Numbered from the stretch's first letter, positions 20,443 to 31,800 are shown. The stretch is 64,000 nucleotides of DNA from Pelagomonas calceolata (GCA_918797485.1 CAKKNE010000002.1:2480001-2544000), one strand, 5' to 3'. Translations and numbers: made by a program. Notes: generated by a model from the letters alone, not told the origin.

Positions 20443-21096
20443 GGCTCCCGTTCACCCTACACCAGTCCACGCGCCAAACGAAGCGCCGCGTGCTGCTGAA
20501 CAGGTTGAGGACTTCAGTGGCAAGAGGCTCGGCAGCGACTCTCCGCTGTCGAGTGGAGCCAGATAATTCTGCAGAGCTCCCGAAACCAGTCAAGGCACGC
20601 CCAGCCACGCCGTGGCGTCACGCCGCGCGTCCGCGAGGAGAGCCGGCGGAATTTGCTAAAGTGTCAAAACGGGTTTATCGTGCGGGCCCAGATACCTATC
20701 CAGGCGGATGGAGTACAGAAAACAGAAAACCGAGTACAGGAAACTGGGAACGCACACGAACAAAAAACCAGAGTCTGCACTGGCGCCGCTCCTTGCGCGC
20801 GCTCTTCTTGAGGTTTCCCTTCGCCATGGCTCCCGTTCACCCTACACCAGTCCACGCGCCAAACGAAGCGCCGCGTGCTGCTGAACTTCAGTGGCAAGAG
20901 GCTCGGCAGCGACTCTCCGCTGTCGAGTGGAGCCAGATAATTCTGCAGAGCTCCCGAAACCAGTCAAGGCACGCCCAGCCACGCCGTGGCGTCACGCCGC
21001 GCGTCCGCGAGGAGAGCCGGCGGAATTTGCTAAAGTGTCAAAACGGGTTTATCAAATCCAGCGGATCAGGAAAAGCACACGAACAAAAAACCAGAG
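20384..21096. repeat. Tandem duplication (units ~390 and ~320 bp) of the TPR-MTase 5' end and upstream region
   Basis: 20384-20679 is repeated at 20773-21053 with 4- and 11-bp deletions; CACACGAACAAAAAACCAGAG occurs at ~20753 and ~21076. Confidence 0.9.
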
Positions 21097-21120
21097 ACAA
21101 ACAACAACCTCCTTAGAAGA

Positions 21121-24100
21121 CTAGTCCGAATCAGAGTCGAAGTCCGCCTCGACGTCGCCCTCCCACTCCGCCGTGAACCGCCGCAGGTGCTGGATCTTGG
21201 ACGATTCCACGGCGAGGCGCTTGTTGATCGCCCCCAGGTCCATAATACCATATTCCCGCTCCTCCTCGTCCTCCTCCTCGCCCAGGGCCCGCCGCGTTCG
21301 GCGCATGGCCGCCTTCTCTTCTCTGGACAGCGCCTTCGGCATTTTAGGGGCGGTCGTCACGGAGTCCAAAGCACCCCTTAATTCCTTGGGCCGCACGGTC
21401 ACGACGGGCTGCCGCGTGCGCTCCTTGAGCTTCTCGCGCTCCTCCTTCTCCCGAGCTTTGGCCTCCTTCTCGGCCGCCTTGCGCTCGGCTCTGGACAACA
21501 CCTTGGCGGTCGACGCGACGCGCTTGAGTCTGGAGGAAGGCGTCGCGGCCGTCGAGTTGGACCGCGACGACGCCTCGTCCCGCAGAGGGGCAAGCGTGTC
21601 GACGCGCGGCGGCGGCGGCTCCTCGGCCTTGCTCTCCTCGACCCCTTGTTCGGCCGGGGCCGGCGCCTCGGGCGCGGGCGCGGGCGCCGGCCGGGAGCCG
21701 GGCAGAACTGCCGAAGGCGCCACGTACGACGCGGAGTCGAGGGTCGCCGGCGAGGCCAGGGCCGCAGGCGCCGGCACCGCCTCAGTCGAGGGCGTCGCGA
21801 GGCTCGCAACGGCCTCAGATGCACCCTGGGACCCGAGAAGGGTCATCGGACTCGTGAGCGTCGCCGGGCTGAATGCCTCCTGGGAAGAAGAGGGGGGCGC
21901 CGGCGCCGGCGCAAAGTCGAGCTCCTGCTCCTCTCGCACCACTGCCCAATCCGCAAACGACCCGAACGAACTCCGCGACGCGCGCGCGGACTGCGACACC
22001 GTCGCGAGGCTCTCGATGTCCGAATACTCGGCCGTCGTGTCGTCCCACGACGACACGATCGTCGAGGCCGTCCCGGGTTTCGCGGGCGCCGGCGCGCCTT
22101 CAACATCATCGAAGAGCGGCGCGCGTGCCGGCAGCGGCGCGGGCGCGTCCGCGAACAACGGGTCCCAGGTGCCCTCGCGCTTCCGCCGGCGCTCCTTCGC
22201 CGCCGCGGCGCGAGCGCGCGACTTGCGTAATCTTTCTTGACGCTGCCGCTGCATGCGCAGCTTTTCCCGCTTTTCCCGCTCGATGCGGTTGGATACTAAC
22301 GAAGCGTTCGCCTCGGACCGGCTGCTTTGAGCGGTGAGAGCTCTACTATCCTCAGAAATTCGGGACCGCGTCCGCGTCTTTGCTCTCAAATTGCTCCAGT
22401 TCACGGGGTAGGGTCTATATTCAAACGTATCGCTTCCATCCAGAGCGGCCCGCGCCGCGGCTTCATTGACCGGGGTTAGTAGTTCTTTGTACGGGACGAC
22501 CTCGACCTTCTTTTCTGGTAAGATGGGCGGCAGAAAGCTCTGCTCCCTCTCATGATGCTCCCGCGCCTCGGCCTCGGCGTCTTCGCGCTGCAACGCGCCC
22601 ACCAATTGACCGAGCTGCGCGGCGAGTTCACTCTCGATGCGCTGGTTCCTTTCATCTTCCGTTTCCACCGGAAAGTCGTCGCGCGCCGTCAGGGGTCTTG
22701 ACAACGGCGACGCGGCGCGCTCCTCCACCGGATCCACGACTTTGAGACGCCGCACGGGCGACGGCGGCGGCGCGCCGCGCGGCGACGGCTTGCCCACTGT
22801 CAGCGAGGCGGGCCGGTTTTTAGATGAGCGGAACGCATGGGCCGCGTCCGTGGCCGGCGGCCCCGTGTTCATGCCCCACTTCGGGTCCGGCCGCCAGGGC
22901 TCCGGTTCTATGACCGGCGGCAACGGCCGCTTCTCCGCCGCCTGGCGCTCGCAGAGCTCGAGCTCGGCGTAGGCTTCGGCATCTTCCGGGTCCGTCGCGC
23001 CGAGCGCCGCCGCCCAGGCGCGGTCGCGCTGGTCCTCCGGTAATTCATTGAGAGCGTCCACGGCATCATTCGATAGAGCGGCTTCCAGGGGCCCCAGGTC
23101 GTGCCGGTGCACGCCCAGCACTTCTTGCCTCGCCAAAAATGCAGCCCTTCTTCGTAACGCGTCTCGCGAGGGCGGCCGCGTGCCCTGGAGCACGGCCTCG
23201 CGCGCTACAAGAGCGGGCGCGCCCTGCGGGACGGGTCGCTTCGCCAGACCGTTCATCTCCATGACCGACCCGTCGTCGCCTCTTCTTAATCTTTCCTCGT
23301 GCGCCTCGCGCGCCGCCCGCGTCCGCGGCGTCTCCATGATGAGATCTTCCACCACGGGTGCCTCTTCTTCAAATGCGGGGACCGGCGCGGCTTCAACGTC
23401 GTACTCGTAACCGAGCCCGTCCTCGGACCGGCGCAGATTCACGCCCGGTAGGATGTCCGGCAGCGAATCTATACTGGAAGTAGGCCGCACCGTCCGCGAC
23501 GATCGAGACGGCGCCCTCGAACCGGCGACGCCGTCCTCCAATACCTCATCCCCATCATGCTCGAGGCCAAATTTCTTTTCTAGTAATAACTGGTCGGCCG
23601 CGGCTCTATAGGGCGTGCCCGCCGTCCGCGCGCGCTCCCTCGTATATGCATGATGCTCCGTCGCCAGGGAGGGACTCCCGTTGCGCCACCATAACCGATG
23701 CCCGGCCTCGGTCGCCGGCCGTCGAAACGACGCGGCGAGCATCGTCTTGCGCCGCTCCGCCGCCGCAATCAACAATTCATAATAACCGGCGTCCTTGTCG
23801 CAGTCGTCGCAGTGCACGTTCGGGCCCTTGTCGTCCTCGTTCTTCGGCTCCGTGGCTAGGTCCTCCGGGGGCCATTGCTCGCCTCGCAATCGCGCGACCT
23901 CCTCGAGGAAGGACAGCCTTTCTTTCTCCAGTTGTTCGGTCGTCGGCGGGCGGTTCCCATAGACCTCGGAGATGGGATGCTTGGCGGGGTCGTAGGGCGA
24001 CGGCGCCTGAGCCTCTTCCACTTGAGCCGTCGCCGGCCTTGAAGACTCCTCTTCGGCAGCCATCTGGACCCGTTCTTCCTCCTCTCGCACCGCAGCCAAA

Positions 24101-27100
24101 TACGCGTGGGTCGCAACGACGGCGTCGGCCGCCCGCGCGCCCTCGACGGCCAGGAACGCGCGCCGCGCGTTCGTCCGCGAGTCCCGTCTTGGTTTCACGT
24201 GCATCGTGGGCGCGAAGGGCTCAATCTTCAGGCGCGAGCCGTGGTAGACGACGCCCGGCGTGATGCCCGGAATCACTTCAACTGATTCTACAACGGGCTC
24301 CGGTTCGGGTTCCGGCTCCGCTTCAACGACGACGGGCGCCTCGGCCGGCGGCGGCGCCTCCACCACCCTAGGTACGCCCTGGCGGTAGTAGTCGTGGATT
24401 TCCGGACTGGTACCAGAGTTCGACAGATGCGACCCCCAGGCGCCCAGTCTCGTCTTCGTCCAGGCATAGGTGACTTCCCACTGCTTGGGTTTTGCCGGGT
24501 CGTTGGCCGATTTTGGCAAAGGCGCCCTCTGTTGTGTAAGATCTCTTAATGAGTTCTTGATGAGCGCATGCTCGTCCGGAGGTAAATTGCAGTTGTCCAC
24601 GGCCTTGGACAAGAACCGGGCAATATTGAGCTTCCGCCGGGCCACGACGAACGACCGCACGAAGAAGCCCCACTGGCTGAAGTCCCGCGCGACCATCTCG
24701 TGCTCCTTGTGGCCACCTAAAGCTACCCTATGCAACGCCCGCAACATCATCAAATGAGACATCTTGATGCGTGGGGGAGGCGCCGGCGCCTCGGCCGGCG
24801 CGGGCGCTTCCGCCGGTGCCGGCGGCGGCGGCCGCCACTGGAAGGCGTGGACGACCTTCGTTTGGAGTTCGCGCTTCCTTTCGTCCTCTTGGGCGATCTT
24901 CTTCTGTCTTTCCAATTCTTCGTCCAAATTCGCGTTCGACCGGTGGCCGGCCTTCCTCAGCCGCTCCTCCCGTAGTTTAGCTTTCTGGTCCTCCAGCCAT
25001 AAGAATGGATCATAAGCCTTCAGTCGTAGCGTCTCGGCATCAGCTGAAGCCCGGCGCCTCATGGCTCGAATGGGGTCGGCTTCATCAAACCTCTTCATGG
25101 AAGCCTGCTCATCATTAATGGACACGGAGTTGCCGATCTGTCGATCCAACACGACCATCTTCTCGCGAGCCGCAACGCGAGCTACTTCTGCTGCTGCTGC
25201 GAGATGTGCTTCCGCGTGCTCAGGGTCCTCGGCGGCCTTCGATAAGAATGGAGTGACTTCAGAAGTCTGCCACATGGCCATGGTCGCGTCGTTCACTTGT
25301 GAACGGTCCCGTTGCAAGTGCTCTATTAACTTGGGGTGCGGCGGCGCCGGTTTCCCGGCCTCCTTCGCGTCTGCGACGGCCGCCTCGTGCACTTTGTCCA
25401 GTAGCTCCCCATCAATGCTACCCAGATTCCCATACGCAAACCGAAAGGCCGTGCGCTCCATGGCCGCGACGGCCACGCGATCATCTTCCAGTGGCTTTTC
25501 TTCGTCGGACTCCTCCCTGTATTGGTTATGTCCAATGGTGCCCGCGAGGTTGCGCTTCCTTAAACCTTTATTGATCTTGCGCCAGTACATTCTGAGAGGG
25601 CCGTCAATAGGACCCGATTGATCTTCGTCCGACGGCGCCGGCGCCGGTCCCACCGCATCTGACAAGGTGGTAGCTCCGGCCTCCACGCCAAAGGAAGCTC
25701 TTGCTTCCGCCTCCTCCCGTTCTCTCTGTGCTCGCGCTATCCTTTCTTCCACAAATAGGAGCTGCAGCGCCTCCTCGTACTTCTGCTCGAGCTCGACCGG
25801 TCCCGAATTGGCCTCGGCCGCAGCGCGTAGTCGAGCCCGTTCCGCTTCGAGCGCGTGCTCGACGGCGGCCCGGGCGTCCTCGCGGTCCGCTCTTAATCGT
25901 TCGAGTTGGGCGAGCACGTTCTCCTCATCAGAACTTTCCGAGACCGACTCCTCGTCCTCGCCAGACTCGTGGGCATCCTCGAGGCTCGAGAAGGAGCCGC
26001 GCTTCAGGCCAGGCGCGTCCGTCACCTCGCCCGTGCGCGCGCCGTGCTTGTGCCACTCTGAACTCCGCGACAGCGCGTCGGGCGACGCCAGCGAGTCGCT
26101 CGCGAACGATGGGAGTATGTCATCTTCGCCGTCGACCAGCATGCCCATCTTGATGGCTCGTTCATCCACTGAAGGACGGTCGTGGCTCCGCATCTTCGAC
26201 TTGACCTCGCGCAACTCCTTCGTGATGACTTGCAGGCGTCTTGCATCTCTCCTATACTCGTCTTCCACTTTGAGCCTTTCCTGGTCGACGCCCTTCCGCC
26301 GCTCCTCCAGCGACTTGAGGACTTGGAGTTGGTCTTGCGTCGCTGAACGCAGTTGCTGGCGAAGCGCCTCGTGCCTCGCTTGTAATTCATCGAGCTTAAC
26401 TTTACAAGAATCGCGGCGTCTCGTCGCGCGACGGACTTCCCGCTCGTGCACTTCCTGGGGCGTGCACGGCTCGTGCGTCGCCACCGTGTCCGCCGAGGCG
26501 TCATCTCTAAAATTGATGCGCTTCTTCTTCTTTTTCTTTTTCACTGGGACAACAACAGGAGGAGGCTTGGCAGCACGCCGACCCTTCTTCGAAGGCTCCT
26601 CCTTGGGCGGCGACGGCGGCTCTTCTTCCACAGGAGGATTCAGCAACTCATCCAAGGCCACCGACGCTCGCCGGAAAGCCCCCTTCTTCTTCGCGAGCAC
26701 GGTCGGATAGTATTCGGCAAACATGGTGTTGATATCTGTTCTGCCGAGCGCTTTCAGGTTCGTGGCGACCGCACTCAACGCTTCGTCGAGGGTGTAGGCC
26801 GACTCGCCCGCGACGCGTAGTCGCTCTCGTCTCGCGAGCACGTCGCGCTGCGCCCTTCTTCGATGCTGTTCCAGCGTTCGTTTTTCTCCGGCGAGTAACG
26901 ACCTTAACCGGAACTCGTCGAACCACGGTCTCGGTACAATCGATAGGTCCCGCTCTCTAGACGGGTCGAGCGGGTGCGGCGACAACTCAGAATCACTATC
27001 CAATTTCTTCTTCTTCCTTCTCTTAGGTTTCTTGTAGGGCGACCCTCGAACTCTAGGTAACACGATCTCCTCCTCGTCACTCTCACTATCACCGTAGTCG

Positions 27101-30100
27101 GGCCGGCACTCCTGGACGACCGCTTCCAACTCATAATTGCCGTCCGTGTGGTGGAACATCGTATCGGGGAAGGCCGTACAAGAACTTCTAGGTGCCACGG
27201 TGCAGACGGGCACGCCCAGGAACTCGGCGACGGGCGGCTTTTCATGTATGACGATAAAATCGTCTCTTAATGAAGCAGCTAATGCATCAGGATTCCCATT
27301 AGTGGTCCACAGTGCGACTTGTTCAGGCAGCTTCCTCGGTTCCTGAGACGGCTTCGTGGGGCTCAATGCCGGATTCAAGGCCTCGCGCGTGGCGAGGGGT
27401 TTGGTCTCCCAGGCTTTTTGCTCCTGCGACGCTCGTAACTCATCTCGTGTTTCCATCAAGTTGGCGTACGCCGCGTGCGTATCTAGAACCAGAGCCCTTG
27501 TCAGGCGGTCGTCGTCGCGCTGGAATTGCGATCTTAGAGCCATCACGCGTCTCCTCGCTTCTTTTTCGAGCAAGCCCGTCACCGCTGCTAGAGTAGGTGC
27601 CCCGCGGAACGTCCCACTCCGTTTCTTCTCGTCCGCGCTCCGCCGCTTCCACTCGCCCAGCCACAAAGCAGCTCTATGGTTCGCCTCGTACGCATCCGTC
27701 CCATCTTGTTCTGGAGGCGGCGGCGCCGCGTACCGCAAATCATCTCTACGAGCAGCGACATCTAGAGCAAGTTTTAAATCGCGCCGTCGGTCGCCGGACG
27801 CGGTCCGCGGTCTTATCGGTTCCTCCTCCTCCTCCACTTTCACGGAAGCGGCCTTCTGGTTCACCGGCAGGCGCGCGATGCGCGCGGCCTCTTCGGCCTC
27901 GAGGAACTTCCGCTTGGCCCGTTGGAACTCGAGCGTGTAGTCGCCGGTCAGGAACGGTGCTTCGGCATCACAAGTAGGCTGCCGCTGCTGCCCCTCGAGC
28001 ATGCGTCTCGCTTTCAGGACCCGCACGAATCTCTTCAGTAAAGCGGGACAGTCCGCATCTTTCGAAACGTCCATGTTCTGCTTGACCGCGAGCGCTTTCG
28101 CCAGGCCTTGCGAGGTCGCTCCGGTCCCGAAGACCCAGGCCCTTTCCAATTGTATTGAGCGCCTTGCCGACGCGGCGCACTCCCTCTCGCCGGGTTGGGC
28201 TTCCCCTACTTTGGGTGTTGCTGGTGAGCGGTCGAGTTGCTGCTCCAGGCGGCCCGCTAGTAAACCTAAACCCCGATAGATGCAGCACTTCCAGAGGCAC
28301 CAGAACGACACACTTCGCTCCAGTTCTTGTATTCTCAATTCAAGATACTGCCGTCGCTCTTTTCGCGTATAAGCCCTGGACTGTAGTCGAGAGCGATGGG
28401 CCACGAGTAGTTTCGCGATATGCGGGTTCGTGGCCGCGTCGATGGGGATCTTCTTGTTGTCGTCTAAGGCGCCGGCGTCGGCGCCGCAGTGGAGCAAAGT
28501 TGCTACCACATCCACGTATCTGGAAGCTAAATGCGAAGAAGCGAGGTGCAGCGCCGTCCTCCCGAGCTCGTCGCGACTGTCGACAGAAGCGCCGCTTCGT
28601 AGAGCGTTTTTCACGGCGTCTAACTCACCTTCATCAGCGGCCGTCCTTAGCTTCTCCGACTGCACGACGTCGCCGTGCTCCGCTAACGCGCGCCGCCGTC
28701 GCTCCAGATCCTCGATGAAGAAGTCGTCATCATCAATACCTTCGACGGGGCACTCGTGGCAGTCGTCGATGCCTCCTCCCCCGAAAGATAAAGCCATGGC
28801 CCGATCCTCAACTAATAGTTCCGCTTGGCAGTTCTCGACGAAGACCTTGTGACACGTATCCGCGAAGCGGTCCAGGGGTTTTAGAGGATCTAGCGACAAG
28901 CGCGAACCATTCGGTAATAAGCAAGGTACCGCAGCCCCTTTGGCCACGCCCTGCCACGCTAACAACACGGTCCGTTGCAATTGCTTGGCCATGCTATGTA
29001 AATATAAATATCGTTGGCGCCGCCACCGTACTGTAGCTTTTATTACTCGCCTCCATTCAGTAAAACATTTCACGGTATACCATAAAGGCCCCCTACCAAG
29101 CAGTAACAAGCCGGCGCTGTACGCCGACAAATGCCTTCGGCGAGCCACGGCATCCGCATCACTTGCATCGAATTCATATGGTTCTGGTTCTTTATCTTCC
29201 TTGCATACTCGTATAGTAGAAGGTACAGTCCTCTCATACTGCGGCGACGGTTGCAAGGTCAATCCGCGAGCGAGCTGAAAAGCATATAAAACCCGAGCGT
29301 CGTGGACCTTGCGCACCCACGTTCCAATCCCGTTGGCACAGGCCCACTCGTTTACTTTATCTTTAACTCGCACTTTGGTCTTACGTAATCGCCTTTTCCG
29401 AGGGGCCCAGCGCGCCCACGCTGCAAAGTAGACCGCGCCTCGTCTCATAGTACGACCTCTTTGACGACAGTGGGCGTTCCAGGTCCGCAGGATATTGACC
29501 ACTTGCGCTTCCAGCAACCGCGCGCGAGCCTTGACGACGGCATCCTCCAACCTTTTACGATTAAAAATAACCCAACGCCAGGCTCGATGGTACCTCCGCT
29601 TCATCGCTACTTTCCCGACCTTCTCCGCTTTCCTCGCCCTAACTCGTCGACCCGTGAATAATGTAACGTACGCGTCCCACTCCGGCAGCTGCGGCTTGCC
29701 AAATCTAGGCGGGTTGTTTTGCGCTCGCACGGCTTTTTTGAACTTCGCGAGACGCGCCCACATGTGGAAGGTCAAATGAACCATCTCGACGACCACGCGC
29801 CCGAATTGGCCCATCCTCCTCAAGCATCGCTGTAATACCGTAGAAACTTCGAGTTCCGCCCGCTTCTGGTCCGAGAGATACTTGCGCCAGCCCCGCCAGA
29901 TCACGCCGAAAATCTTCCGTTGAATACCGACCGTCACCGCCTTGATTGTTGGTGAGGGAGGCGGCGGCATTTCACTGGATTCAAAGAAGAGGTTCACGGC
30001 ACAGACCGTCAAATTCTCCTTGCCCAGCCGCTGCTTGAACATCGCCCACGTGACAATGGCCTGCTGCTTCTGGTCCTCCGTCTGCAATCTCCAAGCTCTC

Positions 30101-30720
30101 AAATGCCTTCTCATGTGGCAATGCGCGAAGAACTTGGCCCCTTGCGTCACCGCTCTCCACCCTAGTAAGTGGTGGAGCCTTTTCGCGTTTCGACGAGCCC
30201 ATCGCTTCGCAAACGCTCTTCGTCGCGGCCGCATTCTGATAAACGCCTGGATCTTGACGCATCGCATACTAAGCTTCCTTTGGTACTTGTACCTCCTCAG
30301 GAACGTTTCTACCGATTGAGACTCCTTGCGCGCTTCCGCCTCGTCGTCGATGGGGAAGAGGCCCGTGCCGCTGAGCTCCCGGTGCTGGCGGTCATTGAGA
30401 AATGGCTTCTCGACCAGTAGGCCGCGCTTCGTCCTCTTCTGCGTCTTCTTTTTTATGGGCGACGGTTCCCTTGGCTGTAATAATTCGTTCGTCCGCGCTT
30501 CGAGCGACGCTAGGAACTGGTCGATGTTCTGCAGGTCCTGGGTCGTCGGCGCGCCCTGCTTGCCGGAGAAGTTCGGGCGTAATTTCTTGGGCCTCATCTG
30601 CGCGAACTCGGTACCGGGCGGTATAATACCGGGAGGGGCATGCCTGGTCTTGTCGGCGTGCGTCCACAGGATAATCTCCTTCCGTTCGGGCACGCGGTCG
30701 CGGGTCACGCGGCGCGCCAT
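21121..30720 (-). CDS. Giant (~3200 aa) protein: IQ motif, Sfi1-like Trp repeats, ankyrin repeats, coiled coil, disordered C-terminal half
   Basis: Uninterrupted 9.6-kb ORF; IQAFIRMR; ankyrin DELGRTALHLAS...LLHCGAD; repeated hydrophobic-x-x-W motifs. Confidence 0.8.
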   Translation of the reverse strand: MARRVTRDRVPERKEIILWTHADKTRHAPPGIIPPGTEFAQMRPKKLRPNFSGKQGAPTTQDLQNIDQFLASLEARTNELLQPREPSPIKKKTQKRTKRGLLVEKPFLNDRQHRELSGTGLFPIDDEAEARKESQSVETFLRRYKYQRKLSMRCVKIQAFIRMRPRRRAFAKRWARRNAKRLHHLLGWRAVTQGAKFFAHCHMRRHLRAWRLQTEDQKQQAIVTWAMFKQRLGKENLTVCAVNLFFESSEMPPPPSPTIKAVTVGIQRKIFGVIWRGWRKYLSDQKRAELEVSTVLQRCLRRMGQFGRVVVEMVHLTFHMWARLAKFKKAVRAQNNPPRFGKPQLPEWDAYVTLFTGRRVRARKAEKVGKVAMKRRYHRAWRWVIFNRKRLEDAVVKARARLLEAQVVNILRTWNAHCRQRGRTMRRGAVYFAAWARWAPRKRRLRKTKVRVKDKVNEWACANGIGTWVRKVHDARVLYAFQLARGLTLQPSPQYERTVPSTIRVCKEDKEPEPYEFDASDADAVARRRHLSAYSAGLLLLGRGPLWYTVKCFTEWRRVIKATVRWRRQRYLYLHSMAKQLQRTVLLAWQGVAKGAAVPCLLPNGSRLSLDPLKPLDRFADTCHKVFVENCQAELLVEDRAMALSFGGGGIDDCHECPVEGIDDDDFFIEDLERRRRALAEHGDVVQSEKLRTAADEGELDAVKNALRSGASVDSRDELGRTALHLASSHLASRYVDVVATLLHCGADAGALDDNKKIPIDAATNPHIAKLLVAHRSRLQSRAYTRKERRQYLELRIQELERSVSFWCLWKCCIYRGLGLLAGRLEQQLDRSPATPKVGEAQPGERECAASARRSIQLERAWVFGTGATSQGLAKALAVKQNMDVSKDADCPALLKRFVRVLKARRMLEGQQRQPTCDAEAPFLTGDYTLEFQRAKRKFLEAEEAARIARLPVNQKAASVKVEEEEEPIRPRTASGDRRRDLKLALDVAARRDDLRYAAPPPPEQDGTDAYEANHRAALWLGEWKRRSADEKKRSGTFRGAPTLAAVTGLLEKEARRRVMALRSQFQRDDDRLTRALVLDTHAAYANLMETRDELRASQEQKAWETKPLATREALNPALSPTKPSQEPRKLPEQVALWTTNGNPDALAASLRDDFIVIHEKPPVAEFLGVPVCTVAPRSSCTAFPDTMFHHTDGNYELEAVVQECRPDYGDSESDEEEIVLPRVRGSPYKKPKRRKKKKLDSDSELSPHPLDPSRERDLSIVPRPWFDEFRLRSLLAGEKRTLEQHRRRAQRDVLARRERLRVAGESAYTLDEALSAVATNLKALGRTDINTMFAEYYPTVLAKKKGAFRRASVALDELLNPPVEEEPPSPPKEEPSKKGRRAAKPPPVVVPVKKKKKKKRINFRDDASADTVATHEPCTPQEVHEREVRRATRRRDSCKVKLDELQARHEALRQQLRSATQDQLQVLKSLEERRKGVDQERLKVEDEYRRDARRLQVITKELREVKSKMRSHDRPSVDERAIKMGMLVDGEDDILPSFASDSLASPDALSRSSEWHKHGARTGEVTDAPGLKRGSFSSLEDAHESGEDEESVSESSDEENVLAQLERLRADREDARAAVEHALEAERARLRAAAEANSGPVELEQKYEEALQLLFVEERIARAQREREEAEARASFGVEAGATTLSDAVGPAPAPSDEDQSGPIDGPLRMYWRKINKGLRKRNLAGTIGHNQYREESDEEKPLEDDRVAVAAMERTAFRFAYGNLGSIDGELLDKVHEAAVADAKEAGKPAPPHPKLIEHLQRDRSQVNDATMAMWQTSEVTPFLSKAAEDPEHAEAHLAAAAEVARVAAREKMVVLDRQIGNSVSINDEQASMKRFDEADPIRAMRRRASADAETLRLKAYDPFLWLEDQKAKLREERLRKAGHRSNANLDEELERQKKIAQEDERKRELQTKVVHAFQWRPPPPAPAEAPAPAEAPAPPPRIKMSHLMMLRALHRVALGGHKEHEMVARDFSQWGFFVRSFVVARRKLNIARFLSKAVDNCNLPPDEHALIKNSLRDLTQQRAPLPKSANDPAKPKQWEVTYAWTKTRLGAWGSHLSNSGTSPEIHDYYRQGVPRVVEAPPPAEAPVVVEAEPEPEPEPVVESVEVIPGITPGVVYHGSRLKIEPFAPTMHVKPRRDSRTNARRAFLAVEGARAADAVVATHAYLAAVREEEERVQMAAEEESSRPATAQVEEAQAPSPYDPAKHPISEVYGNRPPTTEQLEKERLSFLEEVARLRGEQWPPEDLATEPKNEDDKGPNVHCDDCDKDAGYYELLIAAAERRKTMLAASFRRPATEAGHRLWWRNGSPSLATEHHAYTRERARTAGTPYRAAADQLLLEKKFGLEHDGDEVLEDGVAGSRAPSRSSRTVRPTSSIDSLPDILPGVNLRRSEDGLGYEYDVEAAPVPAFEEEAPVVEDLIMETPRTRAAREAHEERLRRGDDGSVMEMNGLAKRPVPQGAPALVAREAVLQGTRPPSRDALRRRAAFLARQEVLGVHRHDLGPLEAALSNDAVDALNELPEDQRDRAWAAALGATDPEDAEAYAELELCERQAAEKRPLPPVIEPEPWRPDPKWGMNTGPPATDAAHAFRSSKNRPASLTVGKPSPRGAPPPSPVRRLKVVDPVEERAASPLSRPLTARDDFPVETEDERNQRIESELAAQLGQLVGALQREDAEAEAREHHEREQSFLPPILPEKKVEVVPYKELLTPVNEAAARAALDGSDTFEYRPYPVNWSNLRAKTRTRSRISEDSRALTAQSSRSEANASLVSNRIEREKREKLRMQRQRQERLRKSRARAAAAKERRRKREGTWDPLFADAPAPLPARAPLFDDVEGAPAPAKPGTASTIVSSWDDTTAEYSDIESLATVSQSARASRSSFGSFADWAVVREEQELDFAPAPAPPSSSQEAFSPATLTSPMTLLGSQGASEAVASLATPSTEAVPAPAALASPATLDSASYVAPSAVLPGSRPAPAPAPEAPAPAEQGVEESKAEEPPPPRVDTLAPLRDEASSRSNSTAATPSSRLKRVASTAKVLSRAERKAAEKEAKAREKEEREKLKERTRQPVVTVRPKELRGALDSVTTAPKMPKALSREEKAAMRRTRRALGEEEDEEEREYGIMDLGAINKRLAVESSKIQHLRRFTAEWEGDVEADFDSDSD

Positions 30721-31161
30721 GGTTGCTTGCTTGGTGCTGCCCACTTGCTGGGGCAGCCCTTAAGCACGCCTAGCGCTCGCAGCACGCGTGGTGACTGCTT
30801 CGGCCGCTGCCTCGCCCGTCCCGTTGCTGTTGGGGCGACGACAGCTTGCCGGAGACAGGCAGCGCGTCCCGCTCCACACCGGCGCTGAGTTTAGCTGGGG
30901 CAAGCCGGGCAGCTAAAAGCGCAATTCCCACGGGCTCTGCGAGTCGTCTTGGTCCTCGGTACCCGTAGCCCATGCCCGAACGAGGAAGATATAAATTGCA
31001 CGGGTTTTCGTGCTTTTGTGGTGGCCGATTTGGCTTGGCACGCTGCTTCCTGCAGCCGTTTCGACTGTGTCGAGTCGGCATTCATCATTACGTACCAAGT
31101 TCAGTAGCAATTTACAGCCGTTTCACCCCTAGCATCTCCCTACTCTCTGAGAGCAGTCTGC

Positions 31162-31800
31162 ATGATGCTGACAGGACTCGTAAGACGACGGCTCGCAGTC
31201 GCCGCCGACGCATTACTCGGCAGTGAGGTATTCACAAAGCTGCCGGCAACTAAAACTGTGCTCTGCGTCGTCGCGACGTCGGGACCGCCCGCCGCGCTGG
31301 GTCTGGCCGTCACAGATCCTTATTTAGGCCACGCGCGGGCCTTGCCGCCGCTCGCATGGAAGGGCGAGGATGCAATCCGGCAGATCGCGGAGGTCGCCGC
31401 TGAACACGACGCCGGTGCGCTGGCATTCGCGCTACCGCTGGCCGAAACCGTGACGACTGACGCTGTGGGCGAGAGGGACGCGTTGATCCGGCTCGTCTCG
31501 CACTACGACTCCGGTGCGATGGAGTACTGGTCGGAGGCGAGAGGAGCGCCCTTTCGGGCACCTAAATCGCTGATCGCGGGCCGACACGGCCGCCAGGCGG
31601 CGCACAGCGGCCCCGCGCTGCCGCCGCTGCGATGTCTCATCGACGAGCGATTGGATTCAAAGGCGGTGGAAGCGGCGAAGGCGGAGGAGCCGGAGGTCTG
31701 GGCGGACACTGCTGGAGAGGGCCCGTCGAACGACGCCGCCGCCCACCTGTCGAGCTTCCTCTACGCGTATTCGGGGGGCTGGCGGAATACGTTCGGATAA
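31162..31800 (+). CDS. YqgF/RuvX-like RNase H-fold protein, probably organellar
   Basis: LGLAVTDP, IDERLDSKAV, NDAAAHLSSFL; Arg-rich leader. Confidence 0.5.
   Translation: MMLTGLVRRRLAVAADALLGSEVFTKLPATKTVLCVVATSGPPAALGLAVTDPYLGHARALPPLAWKGEDAIRQIAEVAAEHDAGALAFALPLAETVTTDAVGERDALIRLVSHYDSGAMEYWSEARGAPFRAPKSLIAGRHGRQAAHSGPALPPLRCLIDERLDSKAVEAAKAEEPEVWADTAGEGPSNDAAAHLSSFLYAYSGGWRNTFG

Noticed and set aside
20490..21116. 208-aa plus-strand ORF with an internal repeat
   Set aside because: By-product of the tandem duplication; no coding features.
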